DNA of 64,000 nt from an uncultured Chloroflexia bacterium (GCA_963719285.1 CAVRBO010000004.1:324898-388897), one strand, 5' to 3'. Counted from the stretch's first letter, positions 1 to 10,276 are shown. Translations and numbers: made by a program. The notes: generated from the letters alone by a model not told the origin.

Positions 1-10
1 GCCGCCGTCG

Positions 11-130
11 GCGTTCGGAACGCCGTTGCCCGGTCCAACGCCGTTGCCCGGTCCATCGGACCGGGACCCACGGTTGACTCGGCGTTCGGAACGCTCCGCG
101 ATCCGGGGAGGCTGGAACGCCCCGGTCGGC
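11..130. repeat. cluster of short direct repeats (ggcgttcggaacgc / aacgccgttgcccggtcc motifs)
   Basis: Repeated 14-18 nt motifs seen directly in the first 130 nt. No convincing coding signal: the ORF at 26..409 is low-complexity. Confidence 0.3.
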
Positions 131-147
131 AGCCTGGCGGTGGCGTG

Positions 148-292
148 TTGGCACGCCCAGCGTGCCAACGAGCGAACGGGCGGTCCGGAAACGGTCTTCT
201 CCCTCGGGATGGCACGCCCAGCGAGCGAACCAGCGGCTGAGGCCCGGGATCCGACGCCTCAACCTCCCGTTGGCACGCCCGGCGAGCAGAAG
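148..292. promoter_or_regulatory. perfect palindrome TTGGCACG-N5-CGTGCCAA (148-168) plus two further GGCACGCCC(A/G)GCGAGC half-site copies at ~60 nt spacing (211, 273); possible regulator-binding array upstream of the ilv operon
   Basis: Inverted repeat with 8-nt arms seen in sequence. The half-site recurs three times with ~6 helical turns between copies. Confidence 0.25.
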
Positions 293-564
293 GCGCGCCA
301 AGCGAGCGGCGGCACGTTCAGCGACCAGCGGCACGTCCAACGAGGGGCAGTCACAGGTCCCCACGCCCGGGCACCGGTGGAGCCGGCCTCGTTGGGTCCG
401 GTGCGGTGAGGGTGGTTGCGCGTTCGGCGAGTCATGCTAGACTGCCCGACACGCACGGTTTTCGGCCGCGCGTCAGCAGCGCATCGGAGACCGCCAACGT
501 GGGTCTGAGCAACGGTCGGGATCGCCGCCCAGTCGCCGTCGTCGTGACGGCGGATGGTCGTCGC

Positions 565-711
565 GTGAACGTCCCGATCCAGACCGGTGGCCTGGTCGAC
601 GTATCGCTCCTTGGCTTCATCCGCTCGCTCCTCCTTGGGCTGGACGGCCTTATCGGCCTTATCACCGGCTCCCGGCGGGAGAACGGAGGAACGCGGAGGA
701 CGGGGCGCTAG
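565..711 (+). CDS. candidate ilvB leader peptide (Val/Leu/Ile-rich: ...LVDVSLLGFIRSLLLGLDGLIGLITG...)
   Basis: In-frame GTG at 565 inside ORF 406..711. The C-terminal half is dominated by branched-chain codons. It ends 26 nt before an intrinsic-terminator-like hairpin and ~100 nt before ilvB. Start is uncertain: an alternative tiny ORF ATG-GTC-GTC-GCG-TGA (MVVA) lies at 554. Confidence 0.3.
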   Translation: MNVPIQTGGLVDVSLLGFIRSLLLGLDGLIGLITGSRRENGGTRRTGR

Positions 712-736
712 CACCGAAGACCGCAGACCGATGGGA

Positions 737-769
737 CCCTCGCCGGAAGGCGGGGGTTTTTCGTTTTCC
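737..769 (+). terminator. attenuator / intrinsic terminator in the ilvB leader: CCCTCGCC-GGAA-GGCGGGGG + TTTTTCGTTTTCC
   Basis: 8-bp GC stem with GGAA loop followed by a T-rich tract, which is exceptional in ~70% GC DNA. Lies between the leader ORF stop (711) and the ilvB RBS AGGAGA (795-800). Confidence 0.6.
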
Positions 770-808
770 AGCTCACGACGCGCACAGGACCACCAGGAGA
801 CCGGACCG

Positions 809-2659
809 ATGACGATGACCGGGGACCCGGCGAAACCGCCGATCAGAACGAGTCACGTGCCTGCCGACGGGACGGCGGGGGCGGCCGCGATCGAGCAGGC
901 CCGCAGGGACATGCTCCACGAGGCCAAGCCGCTGAACCGGACGCGGATCGGCGCCGACGTCGTGTGCGAGGCGCTGATCCGCCAGGGCGTCGATGTCTTC
1001 TTCGGCTACCCCGGCGGCGTGGTCCTGCCGCTGTACGACGTCCTGGGCGACTACCCGGAGCTCCGTCACGTCCTCGTCCGCCACGAGCAGGGTGGCGCCC
1101 ACGCCGCGGATGGCTACGCCCGGGTCACGGGCCGGGTCGGGGTCTGCCTCGGGACGAGCGGTCCGGGAGCCACGAACCTCGTCACCGGCATCGGCACCGC
1201 CCTCCTGGACTCCGTGCCCATGGTCGCGATCACCGGCAACGTGCCCTCCGCGCTCATCGGCAAGGACGCCTTCCAGGAGATCGACATCAACGGCATCACC
1301 CTGCCGATGACCAAGCACAACTACCTCATCCGCGATGCCGACGAGCTGCCCCGCGCGTTCGCCGAGGCCTTCCACATCGCCCGCTCGGGGCGCCCGGGTC
1401 CGGTCCATATCGACATCACCAAGGACGCGCTCCAGCAGGAGACGCGGGCCCAGCACCCCACCGAGGCCGAGGTCATCGCCGGCCTGCCGGGGTTCCGCCC
1501 GAACATGGACGGTCACCCGCGCCAGCTCAAGCTCGCGGCGGCCGAGATCGCGGCGGCCAAGCGCCCGGTCATCCTGGCCGGTCACGGCGTCCTGCACGCC
1601 CGGGCCTGGGACGATCTCGTCGCGTTCGCCGAGAAGGCCCAGATCCCGGTCGCCCACACGCTCCTGGGCGTGGGTGCGATCGCCGAGGACCATCCCCTGA
1701 GCTATGGCTTCATGGGGATGCACGGCTGGAAGCACGTCAACCGGGCGATCCAGAGCGCCGACCTGCTCATCGCCATCGGGATGCGCTTCGACGACCGGGT
1801 GACCGGCAACGTGCGGACATACGCGCCGTACGCTCGGATCGTCCACGTCGACATCGACCCGGCCGAGATCGGCAAGAACGTGGCCGTCGAAGTGCCCATC
1901 GTGGGAGACGCCGGGCGCGTCCTGCGCGCCCTCACGCCGATGATCGACGCCGTCGACCCCGCCAGCCGGGCGGCCTACCTCGGGGAGCTGGCCGAGTGGC
2001 GCCGCGAATCCGAGGCGAGCAGCTGGCACGGTTCCGGGGCCTGGCGCGACGGCCTCCTGTCGGCCGACTACGTCGTCCACCGGATCGGCGAGCTGACCGA
2101 GCACAAGGCGACCTACGTCGCCGACGTTGGCCAGAACCAGATGTGGCTCGCCCGCTACGCCGGCTTCCGGATCCCCAACCAGCACGTGTCATCGGGCGGC
2201 CTGGGCACGATGGGCTTCGGCGTGCCGGCGGCGATGGGCGCCGCGCTGGGCGCACCCGAGCGCGAGACCTGGGCGATCACCGGTGACGGTGGCTTCCAGA
2301 TGACGTTCCAGGAGCTCATGACCCTGGTCCAGGATCACATCCCGGTGAAGATCGCCCTGTTCGACAACAAGAAGCTCGGGATGATCCGCCAGTGGCAGGA
2401 GATCATCTATGCCGGGAACTACCACTCGGCGACGCTGATGGGTCCCGACTTCGCGAAGCTCGCCGACGCGTTCGGCGTCCCGTCGTTCCGGGCGGCGCGC
2501 CCGGAGGACGTGGACCCCGCGATCCGGGCCGCCCAGGCCGTCGACGGCCCGGCCCTCATCTGGTTCGAGATCGCCGAGGAGCAGAACGTGTTCCCGATGA
2601 TGCCCGCCGGCAAGGGCCTGTCGGATCTCATCGAGAAGTGGGGCGGGGCGGACGAATGA
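809..2659 (+). CDS. ilvB: acetolactate synthase large (catalytic) subunit
   Basis: ThDP-enzyme motifs ([52 protein letters not shown]). ATG at 809 has RBS AGGAGA 8 nt upstream. The longer ORF from 587 is an Arg/Gly-rich artefact. Stop overlaps ilvN start (ATGA). Confidence 0.9.
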   Translation: MTMTGDPAKPPIRTSHVPADGTAGAAAIEQARRDMLHEAKPLNRTRIGADVVCEALIRQGVDVFFGYPGGVVLPLYDVLGDYPELRHVLVRHEQGGAHAADGYARVTGRVGVCLGTSGPGATNLVTGIGTALLDSVPMVAITGNVPSALIGKDAFQEIDINGITLPMTKHNYLIRDADELPRAFAEAFHIARSGRPGPVHIDITKDALQQETRAQHPTEAEVIAGLPGFRPNMDGHPRQLKLAAAEIAAAKRPVILAGHGVLHARAWDDLVAFAEKAQIPVAHTLLGVGAIAEDHPLSYGFMGMHGWKHVNRAIQSADLLIAIGMRFDDRVTGNVRTYAPYARIVHVDIDPAEIGKNVAVEVPIVGDAGRVLRALTPMIDAVDPASRAAYLGELAEWRRESEASSWHGSGAWRDGLLSADYVVHRIGELTEHKATYVADVGQNQMWLARYAGFRIPNQHVSSGGLGTMGFGVPAAMGAALGAPERETWAITGDGGFQMTFQELMTLVQDHIPVKIALFDNKKLGMIRQWQEIIYAGNYHSATLMGPDFAKLADAFGVPSFRAARPEDVDPAIRAAQAVDGPALIWFEIAEEQNVFPMMPAGKGLSDLIEKWGGADE

Positions 2660-3228
2660 GCGACCCGTCCGCTGCGCCCGCGCACTCCGCGCCGCCCCGG
2701 GCCCTGCCCGGCGGCGGCCAGCTCCGTCGCCACGTCCTGGTGGCCATCGTCAACAACCGTCCCGGCGTCCTGAACCGCGTGGCCAGCCTCATGCGGGCGC
2801 GCAACTTCAACATCGAATCGTTGGCGGTCAGCCACACGGACGACATCGACATCAGCCGGATGACGCTCACCCTGCGCGGCGACGACGTCGCGGTCGAGCA
2901 GGCCGCCAAACAGCTCTACCGGCTCATCGACGTGCTCAAGGTCCAGGACCTGACCGCCGAGCGGACCGTCGAGCACGAGCTCGCGCTGGTGAAGGTCCGC
3001 GCGACCGACGCCGACCGGGCCGAGGTCATCAAGGTCGTCGAGATGTACAAGGGGAGGGTCGTCGACGTGGCCGACGGGTCGGTCGTGGTCGAGGCGACCG
3101 GCACGGAAGGGGAGGTCGACTCGCTCATCGCCCTGCTCCGCGGGTTCGGCATCAAGGAGCTCGTCCGCACGGGGACCATCGTGATGACCCGTGGCGCGCA
3201 ATCGATCGAGGAGGCCACCAAGCGATGA
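2656..3228 (+). CDS. ilvN: acetolactate synthase small (regulatory) subunit, ACT domain
   Basis: [32 protein letters not shown]... is typical of IlvN/IlvH. ATG at 2656 overlaps the ilvB stop. Confidence 0.9.
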   Translation: MSDPSAAPAHSAPPRALPGGGQLRRHVLVAIVNNRPGVLNRVASLMRARNFNIESLAVSHTDDIDISRMTLTLRGDDVAVEQAAKQLYRLIDVLKVQDLTAERTVEHELALVKVRATDADRAEVIKVVEMYKGRVVDVADGSVVVEATGTEGEVDSLIALLRGFGIKELVRTGTIVMTRGAQSIEEATKR

Positions 3229-4274
3229 CCGCGAAGATGTACTACGACAACGATGCCGATCCGTCCGCCCTGGCCGGCCAGACGGTCGCCATCGTCGGCT
3301 ACGGCAGCCAGGGCCATGCGCATGCGCTCAACCTGCACGAGTCGGGCGTGGACGTCGTCGTCGGGCTCCAGCCCGGCTCCAAGAGCCGTCCCCTGGCCCA
3401 GGAGGCGGGCCTCCGGGTGGCCGACGTCGGCGACGCCGTACGGGCGGCGGACGTGATCATGATCCTGGTCCCCGACACGGGCCAGAAGGCCGTCTACGAC
3501 ACGGACATCGCCCCGAACCTGCGGGCGGGCCAGCTCCTGATGTTCGCCCACGGCTTCAACATCCACTTCGGGCGGATCGACCCGCCCGGCGACGTGGACG
3601 TCGGCATGGTCGCGCCGAAGGGCCCGGGCCACCTCCTGCGCAGCGTCTACCAGGCCGGCGGCGGCGTGCCCGCGCTGTTCGCCGTTCATCGCGACGCGAG
3701 TGGCACCGCGCGTGCCCGTGTCCTGGCCTATGCCCGAGCCCTTGGCTCGACCCGGGCCGGCGTCCTCGAGACCACCTTCGCCGAGGAGACCGAGACCGAC
3801 CTGTTCGGGGAGCAGTCCGTCCTGTGCGGCGGCACCGCCTCGCTCGTCAAGATGGCGTTCGAGACGCTCGTCGAGGCGGGCTACCAGCCCGAGCTCGCGT
3901 ACTTCGAGACGATGCACGAGCTGAAGCTCATCGTCGACCTGATGTATCGCGGCGGGCTCAACTTCATGCGCTTCTCGGTCAGCGACACGGCCGAGTATGG
4001 CGACTACGTCAGCGGCCCCCGGATCATCGACGAACGCGTCCGCGAGACGATGCGCCAGGTTCTCGGCGAGATCCAGGACGGCACGTTCGCCCGGAACTGG
4101 ATCGCCGAGAGCGACGGTGGCCGTCACGAGTTCGAACGGCTGCGCGCCGCCGACCGCGACCATCAGATCGAACAGGTCGGCGCCGAGCTGCGCAGCCAGA
4201 TGGCGTTCCTCAACCCGGTGACGGTCGTGGCCGGCCAGGCCCAGGCGGCCGCCAGTTCGGGCTCTCGGTCGTGA
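3225..4274 (+). CDS. ilvC: ketol-acid reductoisomerase (class I KARI)
   Basis: N-terminus [33 protein letters not shown] and the [11 protein letters not shown] motif. ATGA overlap with ilvN. Confidence 0.92.
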   Translation: MTAKMYYDNDADPSALAGQTVAIVGYGSQGHAHALNLHESGVDVVVGLQPGSKSRPLAQEAGLRVADVGDAVRAADVIMILVPDTGQKAVYDTDIAPNLRAGQLLMFAHGFNIHFGRIDPPGDVDVGMVAPKGPGHLLRSVYQAGGGVPALFAVHRDASGTARARVLAYARALGSTRAGVLETTFAEETETDLFGEQSVLCGGTASLVKMAFETLVEAGYQPELAYFETMHELKLIVDLMYRGGLNFMRFSVSDTAEYGDYVSGPRIIDERVRETMRQVLGEIQDGTFARNWIAESDGGRHEFERLRAADRDHQIEQVGAELRSQMAFLNPVTVVAGQAQAAASSGSRS

Positions 4275-5923
4275 GCGCCGCCGGCGTACCCGGCGCCGGG
4301 GCGGGCGACGGCGGCCCAGGAGTCGCCGCCGGCACGGTCCGGATCTTCGACACCACCCTGCGGGACGGGGAGCAGGCGCCCGGCGCGGGCCTGACCGCGG
4401 CCGAGAAGCTCGAGGTCGCCCGCCAGCTCGCCCGGCTCAACGTCGACGTCATCGAGGCCGGCTTCCCGGCCGCCTCGCCCGGCGACTTCGAGGCCGTCCA
4501 GCGGATCGCCCGGGAGACGAAGGGCGTCGCGATCGCCGCGCTTGCCCGGTGCCGCGACGGCGACCCGCAGCGAGCCGTGGAGGCGATCCGGGTCGCCGAG
4601 CGACCGCACCTCCACGTGTTCATCGCCACGAGCGACATCCACCTTAAGCACAAGCTCCGGATCGACCGCGACCAGGCCCTCGCCGAGGCCCGCAAGTGGG
4701 TCGCCTACGGGCGCGAGGCGCTGGGCCGCGACGCCGAGATCGAGTTCTCCGCCGAGGACGCATCGCGCACCGACACCGACTACCTCATGCAGGTCTACGA
4801 GGCCGTCGTCGAGGCCGGTGCCTCGACCGTGAACATCCCGGACACGGTCGGGTACGCGATCCCGGCCGAGTTCGGCGCCCTGGTGGGTCGCGTCGTCAAG
4901 CTCGTCGGCCGCGACGCCACCGTGTCGGTCCATTGCCACAACGATCTCGGGCTGGCCACCGCCAACACGCTCGCGGCGGTCCAGGCCGGCGCCCGCCAGG
5001 TCGAGGTGACGATCAACGGCCTGGGCGAGCGCGCCGGCAACGCGTCGCTCGAGGAGGTCGTGATGGCCCTCCGGACGCGTCCCACCCAGTTCCCCAAGCT
5101 CGGGTCTCGCGTCGCCACGGAGCAGTTGACCGCCGCCAGCCGGCTCGTCAGCTACCTGACCGGATTCGCCGTGCAGCCGAACAAGGCGATCGTGGGCGGC
5201 AATGCCTTCGCCCACGAGAGCGGGATCCACCAGGACGGGGTCATCAAGAACCCGCTCACGTACGAGATCATGACCCCCCAGTCGATCGGGCTGACCGGCA
5301 GCCAGCTCACGATCGGCAAGCTGTCCGGCCGGCGCGGGCTGCAGGGCAAGCTGCGCGAGCTCGGCCACGACATCGAGGGCGACCGACTGGACATCGTCTA
5401 CCGCGCGGCGATCGCGCTCGCCGACGCCAAGAAGGAGGTCACCGACGCGGATCTCCTCGCGCTCGTCGAGCAGAACACCGCCGAGGTGCCGGCGTCCGTC
5501 ATCCTCGAGGGCTGGAGCGTCACGTCCTCACACGGTGGCAACGCGACCGGGACGGTCACGCTCACGGTGGCCGGCCAGGAGCGGAGCGCCGAGGCGACCG
5601 GCAATGGACCGGTGAACGCGCTCTACGGAGCGGTCGACAAGGCCATCGAGCCGGTGCTCGGCTGGACGCCCGTCCTCAGCGAGTACGAGATCAAGGCGGT
5701 CTCAGCCGGCGAGGACGCCCAGGGACAGACCCTCGTCCGGTGCCGCCGTTCCACGGATACCGGGACCGGGGCGTTCACCGTGACCGGCCACGGGTTGTCG
5801 ACGAACATCATCGAGGCGAGCCTCGAGGCGTATCTCGTCGCGGTCAACAAGCTCCATGGGGCCGAGATCGGCAGCGTGAGCTCCGCGTTCGTGGCGCGCA
5901 CGAGCTCCGAGGAAGCCCCGTGA
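4271..5923 (+). CDS. leuA: 2-isopropylmalate synthase
   Basis: [18 protein letters not shown]...[17 protein letters not shown]... plus C-terminal LeuA_dimer regulatory domain ([13 protein letters not shown]). GTG at 4271 overlaps the ilvC stop (GTGA). The Arg-rich 5' part of ORF 3191..5923 is rejected. Confidence 0.85.
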   Translation: MSAAGVPGAGAGDGGPGVAAGTVRIFDTTLRDGEQAPGAGLTAAEKLEVARQLARLNVDVIEAGFPAASPGDFEAVQRIARETKGVAIAALARCRDGDPQRAVEAIRVAERPHLHVFIATSDIHLKHKLRIDRDQALAEARKWVAYGREALGRDAEIEFSAEDASRTDTDYLMQVYEAVVEAGASTVNIPDTVGYAIPAEFGALVGRVVKLVGRDATVSVHCHNDLGLATANTLAAVQAGARQVEVTINGLGERAGNASLEEVVMALRTRPTQFPKLGSRVATEQLTAASRLVSYLTGFAVQPNKAIVGGNAFAHESGIHQDGVIKNPLTYEIMTPQSIGLTGSQLTIGKLSGRRGLQGKLRELGHDIEGDRLDIVYRAAIALADAKKEVTDADLLALVEQNTAEVPASVILEGWSVTSSHGGNATGTVTLTVAGQERSAEATGNGPVNALYGAVDKAIEPVLGWTPVLSEYEIKAVSAGEDAQGQTLVRCRRSTDTGTGAFTVTGHGLSTNIIEASLEAYLVAVNKLHGAEIGSVSSAFVARTSSEEAP

Positions 5924-7134
5924 CCGACGAGCGGACGATCGCCGACGTCCGGGCCCAGGCGGGTGTCGGCGCCGAGGCGGGCGCCGGCGGCCCGTCGTAC
6001 CGGCTCGCGTCGATCCGGGGCGACGGCGTCGGTCCGGAGGTCGTCGGTCACGCCCGGTCGGTCCTCGAGGCCGCCGCGACGGCATTCGGGTTCCGGCTCG
6101 ACTGGGTCGAGGTCCTCGCCGGCGGCGCCGCGATCGACACCCATGGAGTCGCCATCCGGCCGGCCGACGTGGAGCTGTGCGGCACGGCGGACGCCGTCCT
6201 TTTGGGCGCGGTCGGCGGGCCGCGCTGGGACGACCCGAACGCGAAGGTCCGTCCGGAACAGGCCCTGTTCGCCCTGCGTGGTGGTCTCGGGCTGTACGCG
6301 AACCTGCGGCCGATCACGATCCATCCGGTCCTCATCCCGTCCTCGCCATTGCGGCCGGAGCTGCTCGCCGGGGTCGACCTGCTCATCGTCCGCGAACTGA
6401 CCGGCGGCATCTACTTCGGGCGACCCTCGGAGGAGCGAGAGACGCCGGCGGGGCGCGTCGCCGTCGACACGCTCTGGTACACCGACGCGGAGATCGCCCG
6501 GATCGTCCGCCTCGCCTTCACGCTCGCCCGGACCCGGCGGGGCCGGGTCACCCAGGTCGACAAGGCCAACGTGCTGGCCTCCAGCCGGCTGTGGCGCAAG
6601 GTCACCGAAGAGGTCCGGACGGAGTTCCCGGACGTGGAGCTCGAGCACCGACTCGTGGACTCGGCGGCGATGCTCCTCGTCACCCGGCCGTCCGCCTTCG
6701 ACGTCGTCGTCACCGAGAACCTGTTCGGCGACATCCTGTCGGACGAGGCGGCCGTCCTGGCGGGCTCGCTGGGGATGCTCCCCTCGGCCTCGCTGGGGGA
6801 GCGCCGGACCGCCCACGGCACGTTCGGCCTGTACGAGCCCATCCACGGCTCCGCGCCGGACATCGCCGGGCAGGACCGGGCGAACCCGATCGGGACGGTC
6901 CTGTCGGCGGCGATGCTGTGCCGCTGGTCGCTCGGCCGGGCCGATGTGGCCGAGGCGATCGAGGCCGCCGTCAGCGGTGCCCTGACCGACGGATTCCGCA
7001 CGCAAGACCTCACCGCCCCGGCCGGCCACGCGCACGTGACCGTGGGCGGGGGCCGGGAGATGGCCCAGGCAGTGGTGGACAGGATCGCGATTCCACGGGC
7101 GGCGCCGGCGACGGCAGCCGCCCGGACCGCGTGA
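5920..7134 (+). CDS. leuB: 3-isopropylmalate dehydrogenase
   Basis: SIRGDGVGPEVV..., NLRP..., ELTGGIYFG..., NLFGDILSDEAA..., EPIHGSAPDIAG are isocitrate/isopropylmalate dehydrogenase family motifs. GTG at 5920 overlaps the leuA stop. Confidence 0.85.
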   Translation: MTDERTIADVRAQAGVGAEAGAGGPSYRLASIRGDGVGPEVVGHARSVLEAAATAFGFRLDWVEVLAGGAAIDTHGVAIRPADVELCGTADAVLLGAVGGPRWDDPNAKVRPEQALFALRGGLGLYANLRPITIHPVLIPSSPLRPELLAGVDLLIVRELTGGIYFGRPSEERETPAGRVAVDTLWYTDAEIARIVRLAFTLARTRRGRVTQVDKANVLASSRLWRKVTEEVRTEFPDVELEHRLVDSAAMLLVTRPSAFDVVVTENLFGDILSDEAAVLAGSLGMLPSASLGERRTAHGTFGLYEPIHGSAPDIAGQDRANPIGTVLSAAMLCRWSLGRADVAEAIEAAVSGALTDGFRTQDLTAPAGHAHVTVGGGREMAQAVVDRIAIPRAAPATAAARTA

Positions 7135-7168
7135 CCCCCCGCACCCGATCGTCCACCAGGAGCCTTCC

Positions 7169-8866
7169 GTGACCCGCCAGACCGCCGCCCAGCCGACATC
7201 GTCCCCATCCGCCGCCCCGCCCGACCGCCCGGTCGTCCTGTACGACACGACCCTGCGCGACGGGACCCAGGGCGAGAACATCATCCTGTCGCTCGCCGAC
7301 AAGCTCCGGATCGCCCGGATGCTCGACGAGTTCGGGATGCCCTACATCGAGGGCGGCTGGCCGGGCTCGAACCCCAAGGACGTCGACTTCTTCGCCGCCG
7401 CCAAGACCATGACCTGGCGGACCGCCCGGCTGGCGGCCTTCGGCTCGACCCGCCACCGCGCGAACCGGCCAGAGGCGGACCCGAACCTGCAGGCACTCGT
7501 CGCCGCCGAGACGCCGGTCGTGACGATCTTCGGCAAGAGCTGGCTCCTCCATGTCGTGGAGGTCCTGGGTGCGAGCCCGGCCGAGAACCTCGACATGGTC
7601 GCCGACTCCGTGGGCTTCGTGGTCGACCGGGGACGCGAGGCCGTCTACGACGCGGAGCACTATTTCGACGGCTACAAGGCCGACCGCGACTACGCGCTCG
7701 CCACGCTCGGTGCCGCGCGCCAGGCCGGCGCCCGCTCGATCGTGCTGTGCGACACGAACGGCGGGACGCTCACCGACGACCTCATCGCGATCGTGCGCGA
7801 CACGATGGCCGCGCTTGATGGGGACCCGTCCGCACCTTCGGTCGCCTGGGGCATCCACACCCACAACGACGCCGAGCTGGCCGTCGCCAACTCCATGGCC
7901 GCCGTGGCCAGCGGCGTGCGCCACGTCCAGGCGACGATCAACGGGTACGGCGAGCGCTGCGGCAACGCGAACATGGTCAGCATCCTGGCCAATCTCGCGC
8001 TCAAGACCCCCCACGTGCTCGTACCGACCGGCGGCGGGGACCTGGCCGATCTCACGACCCTCGCCCGGAGCGTGGCCGAGATCGCCAACATCACCCCGAA
8101 CGACTTCCAGCCGTACGTCGGCCGCTCCGCGTTCGCCCACAAGGGCGGCGTCCACGGCGCGGCGGTGGCCAAGGTGGAGCGGAGCTACCAGCACGTCGAC
8201 CCGGCGAGCGTGGGCAACGAGGGCCGGCTCGTCGTGTCGGAGCTCGGCGGCCGGGCCAACACCCAGCTTCGTGCGGAGCAGCTCGGTCACAAGCTGGAGG
8301 GCGTGGTGGATGCGCGGGCCCTCTCGGTCATCATCAAGCAGCTCGAATCGGATGGCCTCGCGTTCGAGGGCGCCGAAGCCTCGTTCGAGCTCCTCATCCG
8401 GCGCAACCAGCCGGGCTATGTCGCCCCGTTCCGGATCGTCGACTTCACCGTCCTGGTGGAGCAGCGGGACGGCCAGGAGCTGCGGGCCGAGGCGACCGTG
8501 AAGGTCGCCGTGGACGGCGAGACGCTGCACACCGCGGCGGACGGCAACGGGCCCGTGAACGCGCTGGACACCGCGTTGCGCAAGGCGCTCGGTGCCTTCT
8601 ATCCGGTCCTCGACGACGTCCATCTCGTCGACTACAAGGTCCGTATCCTCGACGGCGAGGCGGCCACGGGCGCCCGTACCCGGGTCGTCATCGATTCGCG
8701 CGACGGCGACCGGTCGTGGTCGACGATGGGCAGCGACACGAACATCATCACCGCTTCCTGCGTCGCCCTCGGCGACTCGCTCGAGTACGCGATCTGGAAG
8801 TCCGACGCCCTGCTCCAACGGCGCGATGAGCGCCACTTCACCACCGCATCGAATACCGGGAGATAG
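7169..8866 (+). CDS. cimA: (R)-citramalate synthase (LeuA/HCS family, CimA clade), threonine-independent 2-oxobutanoate route
   Basis: LYDTTLRDGTQGE...IEGGWPGSNPKDVDFF is the CimA-type signature (cf. Geobacter/Leptospira CimA). C-terminal LeuA_dimer domain present. Confidence 0.75.
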   Translation: MTRQTAAQPTSSPSAAPPDRPVVLYDTTLRDGTQGENIILSLADKLRIARMLDEFGMPYIEGGWPGSNPKDVDFFAAAKTMTWRTARLAAFGSTRHRANRPEADPNLQALVAAETPVVTIFGKSWLLHVVEVLGASPAENLDMVADSVGFVVDRGREAVYDAEHYFDGYKADRDYALATLGAARQAGARSIVLCDTNGGTLTDDLIAIVRDTMAALDGDPSAPSVAWGIHTHNDAELAVANSMAAVASGVRHVQATINGYGERCGNANMVSILANLALKTPHVLVPTGGGDLADLTTLARSVAEIANITPNDFQPYVGRSAFAHKGGVHGAAVAKVERSYQHVDPASVGNEGRLVVSELGGRANTQLRAEQLGHKLEGVVDARALSVIIKQLESDGLAFEGAEASFELLIRRNQPGYVAPFRIVDFTVLVEQRDGQELRAEATVKVAVDGETLHTAADGNGPVNALDTALRKALGAFYPVLDDVHLVDYKVRILDGEAATGARTRVVIDSRDGDRSWSTMGSDTNIITASCVALGDSLEYAIWKSDALLQRRDERHFTTASNTGR

Positions 8867-8868
8867 CC

Positions 8869-9414
8869 GTGAGCCCCACCGCCGACCCGCCGCCCGCCGA
8901 CAGGGCCGCACCCACGCTCCATCTCAGCCGCTGGACGATCTCATCGGGCAGCAACACCCGCAGCCGCGGGGCGGTCGTCCTGGTCGCCGGCGATCACGCC
9001 TGGGACGCCGTCGCCGAGGGCAACGGGCCGGTCGACGCGCTCTACCGGGCGGTCGACTCGGCACTCTCGGGCGTCCTCGCCGGGCACCCGCGGCTGGTCG
9101 CCTACGACATCCACGCCGTGTCCGAGGGCCCGGAGTCGGAAGGCGTCGTGACCGTCACGATCGAGCCGCCCGCCGGCGCGATGGGGCCACGCGCGAGCGG
9201 CCGCTACGGGGGCAAGGCCACGAGCACGAACATCATCGCCGCGTCGATCGAGGCCTACCTCGAGGCGGTCAACGCGCTGCTCGCCGAGGAGCACTGGTCG
9301 GGCGCGACCGAGGAGGCCGGCAATCGCCGGCGGGCCAAGGGCGCCACCCAACGGCGAGCGGAGATGGACGAGGACGAGGGCCACCACGACACGACCGCCT
9401 GGTTCGAGCGCTGA
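8869..9414 (+). CDS. stand-alone LeuA allosteric/dimerisation (LeuA_dimer-like) domain protein with acidic His-rich tail
   Basis: GDHAWDAVAEGNGPVDALYRAVD...STNIIAASIEAYLEAVNALL matches the C-terminal regulatory domain of LeuA/CimA. There is no catalytic TIM-barrel. GTG start 3 nt after the cimA stop. Confidence 0.6.
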   Translation: MSPTADPPPADRAAPTLHLSRWTISSGSNTRSRGAVVLVAGDHAWDAVAEGNGPVDALYRAVDSALSGVLAGHPRLVAYDIHAVSEGPESEGVVTVTIEPPAGAMGPRASGRYGGKATSTNIIAASIEAYLEAVNALLAEEHWSGATEEAGNRRRAKGATQRRAEMDEDEGHHDTTAWFER

Positions 9415-9421
9415 CTCGGGG

Positions 9422-10276
9422 ATGACCGCGGTCTCCTCGTCGGTGGCCGTCGCGTTCTCCGGCGAGCCCGGTTCGTTCGCGGAGGACGCGGTGCTCCGCG
9501 CACTCGGCGAGGTCACCCGCGTGGGCGTGCCCGGCTTTCCGGCCGTCTTCGACGCCGTGGCCCGCGGCTCGGCGGCGGTCGGCGTCGTCCCGATCGAGAA
9601 CGTCGTCGCCGGCACGATCCGGGAGACGCTCGATCTTCTCCTCGCCCACGAATTGCTGATCGTCGGCGAGGTCGTCGTTCCCGTCCGGCTCTGCCTGGCG
9701 GCCATGCCCGGCCAGCGCATCGAGGACATCGAGCGCGTCTCGTCGCACGTCCAGGCGCTCGAGCAGGCGAGCGACTTCCTGCGCTCGCGGCCGTGGACGC
9801 TCGTCTCGACCTACAACACGGCCGGCGCGGGCAAGGACATCGTGGAACGTGCCGAGCGCGGGAGTGGCGCGGTCCTCTCCCCGCGGGCGGCGGCACTGTT
9901 CGGCCTGGAGGTGCTGGCCCCCGACATCGCCTCGGATCCGTTGAACCGGACGCGCTTCTGGCTCGTCGCGCGGCCCGACACGGTCGTACCGGGGATCCAT
10001 GCCGGCGCGCCCGCCGGCCACCGGACGACCGTCGTGTTCGGCGTCCGCAACGAGCCCGGGACGCTGCTCGCGGCGCTCCACGCATTCGCCGACCGGGGCG
10101 TCAACCTGTCGAAGCTCGAGTCGCGGCCCAGCCGGGAACGGGCCTGGGAGTACGTCTTCTGGGCCGACCTGGACGCCGCGGTCTCGGATCCGGCGACGGC
10201 CGCCGCGCTCTCCGACCTCGCCGGGCGCGCCACGCTCGTGCGCGTCCTCGGCTCGTACCCCCGCGCCGCCGACTGA
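9422..10276 (+). CDS. pheA: prephenate dehydratase (PDT + ACT domain)
   Basis: VAFSGEPGSFAEDAVL..., ESRPSR...WEYVFWADL are PheA hallmarks. Confidence 0.85.
   Translation: MTAVSSSVAVAFSGEPGSFAEDAVLRALGEVTRVGVPGFPAVFDAVARGSAAVGVVPIENVVAGTIRETLDLLLAHELLIVGEVVVPVRLCLAAMPGQRIEDIERVSSHVQALEQASDFLRSRPWTLVSTYNTAGAGKDIVERAERGSGAVLSPRAAALFGLEVLAPDIASDPLNRTRFWLVARPDTVVPGIHAGAPAGHRTTVVFGVRNEPGTLLAALHAFADRGVNLSKLESRPSRERAWEYVFWADLDAAVSDPATAAALSDLAGRATLVRVLGSYPRAAD

Noticed and set aside
148-168. TGGCACG...TGCCA read as a sigma-54 (-24/-12) promoter
   Set aside because: Spacing and the -12 GC element do not fit TGGCAC-N5-TTGCA. It is better described as a symmetric palindrome.
26-409. 127-aa ORF at the window start
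   Set aside because: Low-complexity product encoded by a repeat-rich region. No start/RBS or homology support; treated as non-coding.
587-808. 5' extension of the ilvB ORF (MAWSTYRSLASSARSS...)
   Set aside because: No homology. ATG at 809 is preceded by a good RBS and gives the canonical ALS N-terminus. The extension would run through the attenuator hairpin.
773-2185. 470-aa ORF on the minus strand opposite ilvB, and many similar long antisense ORFs (5623..7302, 7010..8911, 12019..14064, 15772..17088, 33292..36345, 38615..40435, 40441..41883, 49061..51409, 54673..55689 etc.)
   Set aside because: Typical high-GC 'shadow' ORFs. Products are Arg/Gly/Pro/Asp-rich with no motifs, and they overlap well-supported genes on the other strand.
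3191-4270. Arg-rich 360-aa N-terminal extension of the leuA ORF, and the similar extension of leuB (4696..5919)
   Set aside because: Out-of-frame overlap with ilvC/leuA coding sequence. Homology to LeuA/LeuB begins exactly at the coupled GTG starts.
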